DNA of 64,000 nt from a virus (taxonomy: Duplodnaviria > Caudoviricetes). The notes under the pieces were generated by a model. The model did not search any database. It was not told the DNA's origin and saw only the letters and a program-made list of their open reading frames with translations. Position numbers and translations under genes: made by a program. Where the stretch lies: positions 2,141 through 66,140 of the IMG/VR virus record IMGVR_UViG_3300007735_000883; one strand, 5' to 3'. This document shows positions 1 to 9,565 of this stretch, piece after piece; positions within the stretch are counted from its first letter, which is position 1; each line of letters begins with the position of its first letter.

Positions 1-2457
1 ATGATGAATCTTCCGTATATTGTCGGTAAATATAATGAAGATCCATTTTTTAAAGTAAGACCAACCCCCGCCGATTATTCCTATAATTCCGCGTGTACAA
101 ATTTTTATGAACCGCGTACACCACACAACACTGACCGCATGAAAGCCCCTATAATAGCTAATCTCAGGGCGTTCTTACAAGTGATGTATCTTGCACCGGA
201 CGGATTTAACGGATATCCGTTCCAAGGAATTAAAGGGTTTGAAAGTGCTGTGATTGTACCAGGAATGTTTGATAACGGGTGGATATTCATGTGGCCTCAA
301 GAAGCCAAGTCTGGAGAATACAATGAGGCTATAAGCCAGCTGTTAACACCAGACGCTAAAACTTGGGAGAGATGTAAAAAAGTTTTAAAAGAACCATCAA
401 TAACCGGAACTGCTGTTGGTGCTGCTCCAGGATGTCCTGATTGTATTACTGACCCGTGTTTAGGCGGCGGCAGAGGATCACAACCATGCGAAGGTAGTGG
501 AACATTAGTTCGTGATCCGGGAGAGATAATAACACTTCCTGCTCTTCCGGGAACATTTGTTCCAGCACAAAAAGCAAACATATATTATTCTGGAGCCAGC
601 GATTCTGAACTTTCTAAAATATCAAAAAGAAGTTTGATGTATTTTACTTTAAACGGAGAAACAAAATTTGCTTCTTGTCCTTTAGATGGAGGTTCTAGTA
701 ATGATTATACAATAACCTCGTGTGGTGGAACGTTTATATTCGGTAGATGTTGTTTTGGAGGTGGTAGTGTTGCTACTCCCAGATCAAACGGAGAACCGGT
801 TTGTCCAAACAGATCTGGAACATCGTTTCTAACAAAATATACAATGGGAGAAATTATATACGATATACAAAAAATTAAAACAAACGATCCATTTATACGA
901 TTTTATATAAATCCAACAGGTCGTGGTTTATATTTTGGAGATCCCGCATATAAAACATCATCTAAAGTTTATAATATACAATCAAAAATATTAGAACAAA
1001 AAAGTGGATGTGGTAAATGGTTAGGACCGGCAACACATGCAATATTAAACGACAATGCCATCTATAATTGGTGGAATATGGATGATGCAGAACTGTTGAT
1101 GCCAGAGAAAGACACAACAACCACATTAAATTTAATAGAACCCAGACCATTACTGTGGCAAGGAACACAGGCCGTATTAGAACCGGGCTTACAAAATTCA
1201 GAAGGCACGTGCACATGTTGCGACAAAACGTGTCAGGCGCGTAAAGGATGTGTTGGTAGAGCGTGTATAGAAGCAGAAATAGTTTCTGGACAAGGATGTG
1301 GTGAAGAACCCACTTCTAGTATAACTTACAGATACGGAACACCAACTTGTACTGGGTGTGTACAAAAAGAAGGAAGATCAGAAACTGGAGATTGTGGTTC
1401 TGATGGCGGGACGTGGAAAACTGAAGTAAGTTATAGTTACACTATAACAACATATTGTGGTGCTGCACAGTTCTTCCATAATCAGTACTGTCTACGAAAT
1501 CCAGATTTGTGTGATCCATTTTGCGAGTCTGGGGACGGTCCGTGTTGTTGTTGTGCAGATGATGGCGACGATGACTGTGAAAGTGATGCCCCTCCAGAAG
1601 GTTTTTTTTGTAACCAGAAACCGGATAAATGGAAAAACAATCCTGGTGTTATTCATACAGAAGATGGTTATACTAATTATGGAGCAATGTTATCTGGAAT
1701 AGGCAGTATGTACGCGATCAAAACGTTTAATAAAAAAGGTTATAAACAAACAAGTCCATATAATGGAATTGTATTGTCTATCACAACCAGACAATACAAA
1801 CAGACATTAATTACAAGTTTATACGGGAAAGATTTAGAATTTGGAAGTATAGATCTTCAAACATTTGCTGCAGATGAAACAACATTTAGAAAAAATTTAT
1901 CTTCGCCTAGAGGGGGTGTAGGAGAAGCTGAAATTATTACATCGACTATTGGGATAGGAACAGATCCATTTTCTCTTTATTGGAGACAGAATTGGGGTAG
2001 AGGTGTATTTGGAACAACAAAATATTTACGTAAACGTAGTTGGCCACAAGGAGTTATGGTTGATCCTATAAAGAAAAAACCAGCCTCGGCACAACCACTT
2101 CCAAACGAACAAGAATTTATACAAAACGTGAAAGAAATTCTTAAAAATAGAGTTTCTAAATATCCCACACAATCAATTAGAGGCGGAGATGATGATGGTT
2201 GTGATTTTGGAGAAGTTACTACTTATTGGAAAGAACGAGCAATATACGAACTGGCTGATATTTTTGCGATAAAATCGGATCCCACAGTGAAAACCGACTA
2301 TTATCCTGCAGGAATACCTGATCTTAGTTCTACTTCTGTAAAATTAGTAGTAAAAGGTAATGGTATAGTTACTATTAGTTCGGGATATGAAGAATATGAT
2401 TTAAATTGGTTTTTTACATCATATAAAAATATGTTAGATTTAACACCACTAGTTTAA
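1..2457 (+). CDS. Large cysteine-rich protein, probably virion-associated; may be 5'-truncated by the window edge
   Basis: 818-aa ORF open from base 1. Dense Cys clusters (GRCCFG, CTCCDKTC, GPCCCCAD) resemble those of the 30-39 kb fibre-like genes. No family recognised. Confidence 0.6.
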   Translation: MMNLPYIVGKYNEDPFFKVRPTPADYSYNSACTNFYEPRTPHNTDRMKAPIIANLRAFLQVMYLAPDGFNGYPFQGIKGFESAVIVPGMFDNGWIFMWPQEAKSGEYNEAISQLLTPDAKTWERCKKVLKEPSITGTAVGAAPGCPDCITDPCLGGGRGSQPCEGSGTLVRDPGEIITLPALPGTFVPAQKANIYYSGASDSELSKISKRSLMYFTLNGETKFASCPLDGGSSNDYTITSCGGTFIFGRCCFGGGSVATPRSNGEPVCPNRSGTSFLTKYTMGEIIYDIQKIKTNDPFIRFYINPTGRGLYFGDPAYKTSSKVYNIQSKILEQKSGCGKWLGPATHAILNDNAIYNWWNMDDAELLMPEKDTTTTLNLIEPRPLLWQGTQAVLEPGLQNSEGTCTCCDKTCQARKGCVGRACIEAEIVSGQGCGEEPTSSITYRYGTPTCTGCVQKEGRSETGDCGSDGGTWKTEVSYSYTITTYCGAAQFFHNQYCLRNPDLCDPFCESGDGPCCCCADDGDDDCESDAPPEGFFCNQKPDKWKNNPGVIHTEDGYTNYGAMLSGIGSMYAIKTFNKKGYKQTSPYNGIVLSITTRQYKQTLITSLYGKDLEFGSIDLQTFAADETTFRKNLSSPRGGVGEAEIITSTIGIGTDPFSLYWRQNWGRGVFGTTKYLRKRSWPQGVMVDPIKKKPASAQPLPNEQEFIQNVKEILKNRVSKYPTQSIRGGDDDGCDFGEVTTYWKERAIYELADIFAIKSDPTVKTDYYPAGIPDLSSTSVKLVVKGNGIVTISSGYEEYDLNWFFTSYKNMLDLTPLV

Positions 2458-2459
2458 AT

Positions 2460-3773
2460 TTATGCTTTTATTAAAACAACAGAAGATACAGACAAATCAT
2501 TTTCTGTTAAAAGATATAGAGTGTCTATGGTATCCTCTGTTATTTTAAGATAGAGCTCAGAACCAATACCTTCTGGATTAGTTGTTCCAAATACACTATC
2601 GTAATAATATTGAATGTCTTTTCTGTCTGTTGTGTTTGGTGTTTTGGTAATTCTGATAGGAAGACCCAAATTAGTAGAATCGTTCTGTATAATTTTATAA
2701 ATTTTTCCTGTTTCTACTAAAATTACATCTACAACTTTTCCGTTTATCATTATTTTATTTTCGCCATCAAAAGAAATATACAGATCTTCTTGAAGTGTCG
2801 AATCAAACAAAGTATATTCTAATTTTGTTGTTTCTATAATTTGGCTGTTTACTGTAATTGTACTTAAAATAATAGGATCAGGAATTGCAGTACAAATACC
2901 GGGAGAAAATTGAAATAAACTATTGCTCCTTACATCACACTCATATTCTGTTGTATTATTAATGTATTTTTTTTCTGTTAAATTATAACAACAGCCAATT
3001 GTGGTTTTATTTAAACTACTTGCTCTGGTTTTATTTTTTGCTTTTGTGTATACATTTATAAGAGTGGGAGAGCCCAGCAATGATTCGTTTGTAGCTTTAG
3101 ATTTTAATTTTAGTACTTCTTTGTTGTTTATAGTTGTAAATTCTAATACTTCAAATTTTTTATTATTATTTTGAGAATTTAAATTAATAATCTCTATTAA
3201 ATCTCCTTCTTGAAAATAATAATCACTTAATGAATTTTTTGTATTAGGATTTACACCAACCACTAAAGAATTTTTTATTGCATTTATATCAGACCAAGAA
3301 GCAGAAGATGGAGTCAGGATTGGAGAAGATATAAAATAATCTCCCAAAAATACTTTTTGTAAATCTGTGGAGTTTATACTTGTTGTGGTTTTTGCAAAAA
3401 GAATATTGTCTTTAAATTCTCTAAAATACAAATCTAAAGTAAAAGTTTTGTCGATATTTTTGGTTTCATCTAGATACGATGCATTTGAAAACGATAATCC
3501 TGATAAATTGTTTAAATTTTTAAATAGTATTTGTAAATATGTTTTGTCTTTATCCGATGCGCCACTATAATCCAACATAACTTTTGTTTCTGCATCTTCT
3601 GTATAAAATACTAAATTTGGTTTAGATTCTAATGGTCCATCAGAATTAAATAATTCACGTTCATTGTCTGTTATTTGGATATAGTGAAATACACCACCAC
3701 GAACTAAAATATATTGATCTGGTTCTTGTTCAATACTATTAGCTAACAGTATATTTGTGTTTTGAATTGGCAT
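2460..3773 (-). CDS. Hypothetical protein with a GCC module and a C-terminal cupredoxin-like phage domain
   Basis: 437-aa ORF; IGCCY...C...C module; C-terminal GKIYKIIQNDSTNLGLPIRIT...TLY pattern. Confidence 0.55.
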   Translation of the reverse strand: MPIQNTNILLANSIEQEPDQYILVRGGVFHYIQITDNERELFNSDGPLESKPNLVFYTEDAETKVMLDYSGASDKDKTYLQILFKNLNNLSGLSFSNASYLDETKNIDKTFTLDLYFREFKDNILFAKTTTSINSTDLQKVFLGDYFISSPILTPSSASWSDINAIKNSLVVGVNPNTKNSLSDYYFQEGDLIEIINLNSQNNNKKFEVLEFTTINNKEVLKLKSKATNESLLGSPTLINVYTKAKNKTRASSLNKTTIGCCYNLTEKKYINNTTEYECDVRSNSLFQFSPGICTAIPDPIILSTITVNSQIIETTKLEYTLFDSTLQEDLYISFDGENKIMINGKVVDVILVETGKIYKIIQNDSTNLGLPIRITKTPNTTDRKDIQYYYDSVFGTTNPEGIGSELYLKITEDTIDTLYLLTENDLSVSSVVLIKA

Positions 3774-3774
3774 A

Positions 3775-5013
3775 TTACGATGCGATATAGTTTATAGTTA
3801 CAGGATATGTTCCAGAACTACTGAAGAAAAGATTTTGTAGATTGTTGGTTTCGATGAAAATACTCTGGCCAGAACTAAGTGGATATCCTGTGCCGTTACT
3901 TTCTCCGTTTCCTTCAATAACTACATCTTTTCCGGTGTTGGTTGCTGAAGCTTTAATAGTTATACCAGAATAAAGAGCTGTAGACGTATCAAATGTTGTC
4001 ATGGGGCTGTTTATTGTTAACGTTCCAATATAAACTTGTCCTGGTTTTTGAGATACTGTGCTTACTCCGGTAGCAACCTTGTTGTAGATGGACTCAATGC
4101 TGGAACACTGTGTTTGCAGATCTGTTAGCTGACTTTGAACCACTTGTAAAGATGCGTATAGTGCATTAAGATCTACAGACACTGCACCATCTATGGATAC
4201 CGGCATAGAAGTAGACCATACTACAGGAACAGCATCGCTGGCACCCAATCCTTTAATACGAACAGCTGGTCCGGTGGTAGCTCCAGCCACGAATAAAGGA
4301 ATTGCTTGATTGGCTTGACAAATACCAATAATAGTACCTACAGACACGGTTGCAGTAAATCCAGATCCCACTAGATTTACATTTAATGCCCCTGAGGTGG
4401 AGTTAATTGCGTTTCCAGAACCGTCACGCAGAGTGACTGGAATCATGGTTTCGCCATTGTTTCCCCCGTAAACCCTGACACCATCGTATCCAGGTAGCAG
4501 GTATCGACCACCAGTAACACCAATGGTTCCTGAAACGGTTACGCTATCTGTGGTGGAATTTAGTCTACGACCACCGGTAATGCCTATTTCGATTCCTCCG
4601 GTAACGCCCTGAACATACACATTACCTAATACGCTAACATTTCCGGTAACGCCAAGACGCACGCCGTTTGTTACGCCTTGAACGTACCCGTTAATTTGCA
4701 CTGGAGTATACGAAGTAGAAGTTGTGCCAGATACTACCAACGGAATGGTGCTGCTACCAGACAGCCCGTTTACCATACGGAAATTTCCAAGTCCTCCAAC
4801 GCTACCAGTAATTCCTAAAGTCGCTGTTACGGTACGAATATCTACTGGAAGTGGAGCACTTGTGGTTACTCTGGAACTAGTATTTGCTGGGCCCCAAGCA
4901 AGTTTTACTATTTGTACGTGGCCGTTTGTGATGCCTGTACTGCTGTAATCTGTGGCTATGGAAGCGGTATTTCCTGTTATATCTACTGTTAAATTTTCGT
5001 CTATGTCTGGCAT
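3775..5013 (-). CDS. Gly/Thr/Val-rich putative virion (fibre-like) protein
   Basis: 412-aa ORF with repeated G[IV]TG motifs and a short coiled-coil (LYASLQVVQSQLTDLQTQ). GGAG SD upstream on the minus strand. Confidence 0.6.
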   Translation of the reverse strand: MPDIDENLTVDITGNTASIATDYSSTGITNGHVQIVKLAWGPANTSSRVTTSAPLPVDIRTVTATLGITGSVGGLGNFRMVNGLSGSSTIPLVVSGTTSTSYTPVQINGYVQGVTNGVRLGVTGNVSVLGNVYVQGVTGGIEIGITGGRRLNSTTDSVTVSGTIGVTGGRYLLPGYDGVRVYGGNNGETMIPVTLRDGSGNAINSTSGALNVNLVGSGFTATVSVGTIIGICQANQAIPLFVAGATTGPAVRIKGLGASDAVPVVWSTSMPVSIDGAVSVDLNALYASLQVVQSQLTDLQTQCSSIESIYNKVATGVSTVSQKPGQVYIGTLTINSPMTTFDTSTALYSGITIKASATNTGKDVVIEGNGESNGTGYPLSSGQSIFIETNNLQNLFFSSSGTYPVTINYIAS

Positions 5014-5083
5014 TTATTTCTCCGGAGGTAATGGAAAAAGTGTGGTGTAACACCTATATATAGGTATACTAAGAGGTTTATAT

Positions 5084-5314
5084 ATGGTCTTATATTTTGA
5101 TGAAGAAACCCAAAACGATTTTTGCCGCCAGATAGAAAAATATGTTGAAAAGTGGGGTGTTCGTTATATGGATGCGGTTATCGCTATCTGTGAAACCAAA
5201 GACATTCCTGTGGAAGGTGTGGCAAAGGTGTTGTCTAAGCCCATAATAGAAAAAATTAAAGAAGAGGGAGAAAATTTAAATTTTCTTCCAAAAACAACAA
5301 AATTGCCAATTTAA
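5084..5314 (+). CDS. gp33: Late-promoter transcription coactivator, T4 gp33-like
   Basis: 76 aa, F..QIEK.V.....YMDAVI..CE...I..E.V.K.LSKPI.EKI..E...LNFL.K...LPI matches gp33; directly upstream of gp32. Confidence 0.85.
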   Translation: MVLYFDEETQNDFCRQIEKYVEKWGVRYMDAVIAICETKDIPVEGVAKVLSKPIIEKIKEEGENLNFLPKTTKLPI

Positions 5315-5315
5315 T

Positions 5316-5343
5316 TTGACTTTGTTGATACGTGTTGTATATT
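5316..5343 (+). promoter_or_regulatory. Sigma70-type promoter for gp32 (TTGACT-N16-TATATT)
   Basis: TTGACT 5316-5321 and TATATT 5338-5343; same architecture at 39555 and 61371. Confidence 0.6.
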
Positions 5344-5361
5344 TGCATTATAGGAGATTAT

Positions 5362-6231
5362 ATGGGATTTAAAGATCTAAAGAAGAATTCGTCGTCAATG
5401 GCCTCCAAGCTCCAAGAAGAGCTAGAGAAGAGCAACAAGACCAATGAGTATAAGGATGACCGTTTTTGGCGTCCTACTCTGGACTCTGCTAGTAATGGAT
5501 ACGCGGTTATTCGATTCCTTCCTGCAGTTGAGGGTGAGGATATTCCGTGGGTTAAGCTGTACTCTCACGCGTTTAAGGGCAAGGGTGGTTGGTTTATTCA
5601 CAACTGTCCTACAACTCTTGGCGAGAAGTGCCCGGTTTGTGAAGCAAACTCTGAACTTTGGAATAGTGGTACTGAAAGCGATAAGCGTATTGCTCGTGAT
5701 CGTAAGCGTAAGCTTAATTACGTGTCTAATATTCTTGTTGTGGAAGATCCTGCTGCTCCTCAAAACAAGGGCAAGGTGTTCCTGTTCAAGTACGGCAAAA
5801 AGATCTTTGAGAAGATTCAAGAGCAAATGAATCCGGAATTTGATGACGAGACTGCGGTTAATCCGTTTGATTTCTGGAAGGGCGCAAACTTCAAGCTTAA
5901 GATTCGCAAGGTTGAAGGTTACGTAAACTACGACAAGTCAGAGTTTAGTGCTGCCACAGAACTGTTTGATGGTGATGACGCCAAGCTTGAGGCTCTGTGG
6001 AAGAAGCAATACGCTCTCAAGGAGTTTATTAATCCTAAGGAGTTTAAGAGCTACCCTGAACTCAAGACCAAGCTTGTTGATGCTCTTGGTGGCGATCTAC
6101 GTGCGTCTGGTGGTAATGATGAAACAGTAGAAGACGAGCCAGTGGTTCGTTCAAGCCGTAAGCCCCTGCCAAAGTCAGAACCTGACGAGGATGTTGATGT
6201 AGAATCGTATCTAAAGTCTCTGGAAGACTAA
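5362..6231 (+). CDS. gp32: Single-stranded DNA-binding protein, T4 gp32-like
   Basis: DDRFWRPT...NGYAVIRFLPA, Zn-binding HxF...NCPTT.GEKCPVC, FDFWKGANFKLKIRKVEGY.NYDKSEF, acidic C-tail. Start moved to ATG 5362, which follows a GGAG SD. Confidence 0.97.
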   Translation: MGFKDLKKNSSSMASKLQEELEKSNKTNEYKDDRFWRPTLDSASNGYAVIRFLPAVEGEDIPWVKLYSHAFKGKGGWFIHNCPTTLGEKCPVCEANSELWNSGTESDKRIARDRKRKLNYVSNILVVEDPAAPQNKGKVFLFKYGKKIFEKIQEQMNPEFDDETAVNPFDFWKGANFKLKIRKVEGYVNYDKSEFSAATELFDGDDAKLEALWKKQYALKEFINPKEFKSYPELKTKLVDALGGDLRASGGNDETVEDEPVVRSSRKPLPKSEPDEDVDVESYLKSLED

Positions 6232-6234
6232 AAG

Positions 6235-6266
6235 AAAAGGCCCCGTAAAGGGGCCTTTTTTATTTT
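6235..6266. terminator. Bidirectional rho-independent terminator
   Basis: AAAAGGCCCC-GTAAA-GGGGCCTTTT followed by T-runs, between convergent genes. Confidence 0.9.
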
Positions 6267-6925
6267 TAACCCATTTCTACACGCCAAGACGGTAAACTTC
6301 TCATTGTATTTTTTATACCCGCTAAAGGATCTCCACGATTCACAGATCCTCTTGGTGCTTGGCTGTTACTGTAGTTATTAATTATGGCTGTTGGTTGTGG
6401 TTTTTCTATACCAGCTCTTTGTTGAGACTGTTTCATTTTTTGATCTAAATTCATTATTTCTTTATTTTTTTGTTGTATTTCAGAAATATTAAAAACCGCT
6501 TTACTAATGCTTTCAGTTTTTAATAAATTTTCTCTGGTTACATTTCCACTCATTATATTACTTTTTTGATCCATTTTAAACGATTGACCAAGATTTGTGT
6601 TTAATGAACTTGTTGGTGTTAGTTGTAACGGAGTAGAGGATTGATTTACGTTTGATTTTGTTGGTGCTGATTGTACCGGCGTAAACGATTGATTTACGTT
6701 TGATTTTGTTGGTACCAATTCTACTGGAGCAGAACTACCGTAACTAATTTTTGTTTTTTGTGTGTCTTTGGTTTCAGTTTTTGCTGTATTGTCTAAATTT
6801 TCATAAAATTTATTTCCGGTTAGCTCTTTAGTATTGTTGTTAAAGAATTTATTGTTCTTTGCTATATCCGGAAGTTCGTTTATTTTTTCGGTGCTTGTAT
6901 ATGTTTTGACGTCTTTGGTGGTCAT
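6266..6925 (-). CDS. Low-complexity protein at the tape-measure/hub (gp29-like) locus
   Basis: 219 aa directly after gp26/gp51, where T4-like phages often place the tape measure; AIINNYSNS C-terminal motif. Function inferred from synteny only. Confidence 0.4.
   Translation of the reverse strand: MTTKDVKTYTSTEKINELPDIAKNNKFFNNNTKELTGNKFYENLDNTAKTETKDTQKTKISYGSSAPVELVPTKSNVNQSFTPVQSAPTKSNVNQSSTPLQLTPTSSLNTNLGQSFKMDQKSNIMSGNVTRENLLKTESISKAVFNISEIQQKNKEIMNLDQKMKQSQQRAGIEKPQPTAIINNYSNSQAPRGSVNRGDPLAGIKNTMRSLPSWRVEMG
6639..6713. repeat. 27-bp direct repeat (48-bp period) in coding sequence
   Basis: GATTGATTTACGTTTGATTTTGTTGGT at 6639-6665 and 6687-6713; encodes PTKSNVNQS twice. Confidence 0.9.
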
Positions 6926-6926
6926 A

Positions 6927-7823
6927 TTATCCCTCTATTCCTTGATATTTCATGTTTCTTTCGTCGTTTAGATGTTCTTTTATCTGTTCTACGTAGATTG
7001 TTTTTTCCCAAGGAATCATGCTTTCAATCTCTGATGCATCATAATTATGATAATATTTTAATTGAAAGAATTGTTTGTACAGATTTTCTATAGTTAGGTG
7101 TTCAAAAAAAAAATTTATATAGTTGAAAATGCCTTTTATTGTTATAGAACGTGTAGTTCCGTCACTGGTTTTATACTCTTTTATTATTTCGGTTCTAGAA
7201 ATGTTTTCAAAATATTCTAAAACGTGTTTCATTTGTTGAGTGGTTAAATTTTTAACAAAATCAATAATTTCGTCTATGCTTATTTCTTTACAGTCTTTTA
7301 TTTCATTTATTGTTTGTACTTGTTTTAAACACAACGCTATAAACTTATAAAATCCGTCTTCGTTTAAATCGTATTCGGTGGCATTCAACAAGGTTTCTAC
7401 ATTTGGTTCTGTCATTACTAACAAAAGATTGTCTGATAATTTTATTTTGTTGTTTGCCGTTCTTTCTTCTGCTTTAAGATCTTTTAATACGTCTATTTTT
7501 AAAGAAACATCTTCACCTGTATACGGGCATTTTAAATTAAACCCTTCTACTTCTCCTATAGATTTTGCTCGAAGTAGTAAAAATAGATACTCTAAATCCG
7601 ATATCTTTAATTTTTTATAGTCTGCCTTTTTTAGATCTGTACAGCACGCTAACACTATATTTTCTAAAGTTTTAAGAATTCCAAGTCTGTCACTAGTATT
7701 CTTAGAGATAAGTAAAGCTTTCTCTTCGGACACAACCATAGGACGAAAACACACCTTTTTACCTGACGGTAAATTTTCACAATATTGAGGTAGGCTTGAA
7801 AGTAGTACGTCTTTTAAAGGCAT
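6927..7823 (-). CDS. gp26: Baseplate hub assembly protein gp26 fused to a gp51-like C-terminal domain
   Basis: LP.Y...LPSGKKV.FRPMVV.EEK.LL, DLEYLFL.LRAKSIGE, CP motif (gp26). C-terminal LYK.FFQL.YYHNY...EIESMIPWEK.IYV is gp51-like. Confidence 0.85.
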   Translation of the reverse strand: MPLKDVLLSSLPQYCENLPSGKKVCFRPMVVSEEKALLISKNTSDRLGILKTLENIVLACCTDLKKADYKKLKISDLEYLFLLLRAKSIGEVEGFNLKCPYTGEDVSLKIDVLKDLKAEERTANNKIKLSDNLLLVMTEPNVETLLNATEYDLNEDGFYKFIALCLKQVQTINEIKDCKEISIDEIIDFVKNLTTQQMKHVLEYFENISRTEIIKEYKTSDGTTRSITIKGIFNYINFFFEHLTIENLYKQFFQLKYYHNYDASEIESMIPWEKTIYVEQIKEHLNDERNMKYQGIEG

Positions 7824-7828
7824 AATAA

Positions 7829-8350
7829 TTATATTAATCTATAGTATCTATAGTTAAAATCCACCATTAAACTCAAATATTGATTAGGAACATCGTTTGA
7901 AAATTGAGACGGTAATATAAGTTTTGGAAACGCTTCGTACAGTATAAACGTTGCATTCACTGCACTGTCTTCTCCTATGGCCTTTATGGTTATATTTGAC
8001 AGATTTCCTGATCCGTTTCTGTAATCCATAGTTTTAGATTTTCCGGCTAACAGTGGAGAAAACATGCCATCAATCCAGGTTTCAAAGTATTTTCTGACTT
8101 GCCAGCCGGTCTCTACTATAAAACTGATAAGAAACTGTTTGTCGTATTCTCTTTTTACGGGTATTTGAATAGTAGGCCCGGACGGAGACATGGTGGTGTC
8201 TTGAAACCACTCCACTGCTTGTTCTGGTATCTGACATTCTGACGCCCAAAACTTTGCGTTTCCTCTAGAAAATGTTACTTCAAAACGATTTACTTTTTGA
8301 AATCCTCTTGAAAAGTAACTGGTTATTTCACTTATACTGTTATTTGGCAC
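7829..8350 (-). CDS. gp54: Baseplate tail-tube initiator (gp54-like, tube-fold)
   Basis: NRFEV.F, ..IP, R.YFE.W.D, YEAFPK.I, V.F.YRYY tube-family motifs; between gp4 and gp26. Confidence 0.65.
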   Translation of the reverse strand: MPNNSISEITSYFSRGFQKVNRFEVTFSRGNAKFWASECQIPEQAVEWFQDTTMSPSGPTIQIPVKREYDKQFLISFIVETGWQVRKYFETWIDGMFSPLLAGKSKTMDYRNGSGNLSNITIKAIGEDSAVNATFILYEAFPKLILPSQFSNDVPNQYLSLMVDFNYRYYRLI

Positions 8351-8786
8351 TTTTTTGACCTTTAAAAATATCTTCTTCCGTTAATATTTTAAATATCCAC
8401 CCGTTCTTTTTACAATAATCGTTTGCGGCATTCCATTTACACGTATTAGTCTCAAAAGTTATACATTCGTTCAGATATGCTCGCTTGTTTTTTCGCGTTT
8501 TAGGCCGCAGAGTTTGCTTTTTGGGTTTTATTTCTACAATAAATGTTTGAACGTCTTGCTCTTTACGGGCCTCAAACACAAAATCTGGATAATAATGATG
8601 AATTTGGTGGTCTATTGTGGAATAATACGGTATTTTTAATTCTTCGCTGGACCAGCGCATAATTGTTTCATTTTTATCCAAATATTTACAAAACTTTCTT
8701 TCCCAGTTTGATCTGCAAATAATATTATTAACGTTACCTACGTATTTATGAGGAAATTCTGGAATATATTTGGTTTTATACGCCAT
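8340..8786 (-). CDS. gp4: Head completion nuclease (TnsA-like), T4 gp4
   Basis: MAYK.KY.P..P.KY.G....I..RS.WERKF..Y.D.....WSSEE..IPY, YYPDF, VEIKP, W.FKILTE. Confidence 0.95.
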   Translation of the reverse strand: MAYKTKYIPEFPHKYVGNVNNIICRSNWERKFCKYLDKNETIMRWSSEELKIPYYSTIDHQIHHYYPDFVFEARKEQDVQTFIVEIKPKKQTLRPKTRKNKRAYLNECITFETNTCKWNAANDYCKKNGWIFKILTEEDIFKGQKSAK

Positions 8787-8817
8787 AAAACTTAAATATA
8801 TATGTTAGAAAACAAAA

Positions 8818-9546
8818 ATGGGAACAACAATTTTATTTCCTGGAGACACAGACGCTAACGAAATACCAGTATTTCTTAATTTTCATTGGGGAGATTATAG
8901 CAAATACAATTCCGACAGAACTACCGATAAAATTATCGGGAAGGGTAATGTCATATCTGTTCCGTATCCCAGTAAATTCAATGTGATGAATGATGTTCCG
9001 TACACCAACAGTGCCAGCATATCTGGTGGTCCTTTAGACAATTTAAAGATGGCGTTTGATAACATCACATTTAATCTAGAAAAGGGGCTAAACTACTTTT
9101 TTGGAGGCGGTAGTAGTTTTACGTATGATAATATGGAATCGGTTTTAACGCCAGGTGCACGCCGAGTATACGACGTTACTATAGATTTAGTAGCAAAGTC
9201 ATTGATACAGTCTACCAACACAAAAACAATAGTAGACACGTTTCAAAAAAATGCTTTTTCTTCTTGGTCTGGTGGAAATCGGTTATTGTGGAAGCATCCT
9301 CCACTTTGGGTTATAACAGCTAGTACTACTGCATCGGGTAGTGGAACCGCTCCTGGCTGGGATCCTGTGGGTCTCCCGTGTGTTTTAAGAAAAGTTCAAA
9401 TAAACAGAAATCCTGTATTAGATATTCCGTTTAATTTACCTAATAACCATCCACTGGCAGTACGTTTAGATCTTACGTTTGTTGAGCTAGAGCCTGCAGT
9501 TAATACTACAGCAGGACTCAAGAACCGAGCTTGGACGTTTACTTAA
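8818..9546 (+). CDS. gp48: Baseplate tail-tube cap, gp48-like
   Basis: Divergent from gp4; R.Y...DL.AKS, HPPLW, PCVL..V.IN, P.AV.L.LTF.ELEP. Confidence 0.7.
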   Translation: MGTTILFPGDTDANEIPVFLNFHWGDYSKYNSDRTTDKIIGKGNVISVPYPSKFNVMNDVPYTNSASISGGPLDNLKMAFDNITFNLEKGLNYFFGGGSSFTYDNMESVLTPGARRVYDVTIDLVAKSLIQSTNTKTIVDTFQKNAFSSWSGGNRLLWKHPPLWVITASTTASGSGTAPGWDPVGLPCVLRKVQINRNPVLDIPFNLPNNHPLAVRLDLTFVELEPAVNTTAGLKNRAWTFT

Positions 9547-9565
9547 AGATAATATATACTTTACC

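Noticed and set aside
5315-5361. T4-style gene 32 autoregulatory pseudoknot leader; absence of gp59 between gp33 and gp32
   Set aside because: The gap is too short and is occupied by a promoter and SD; gp59 position varies among T4-like phages
6639-6713. 27-bp repeat as a mini-CRISPR
   Set aside because: Only two copies, a 21-bp gap, an in-frame period encoding a peptide duplication, and no cas genes
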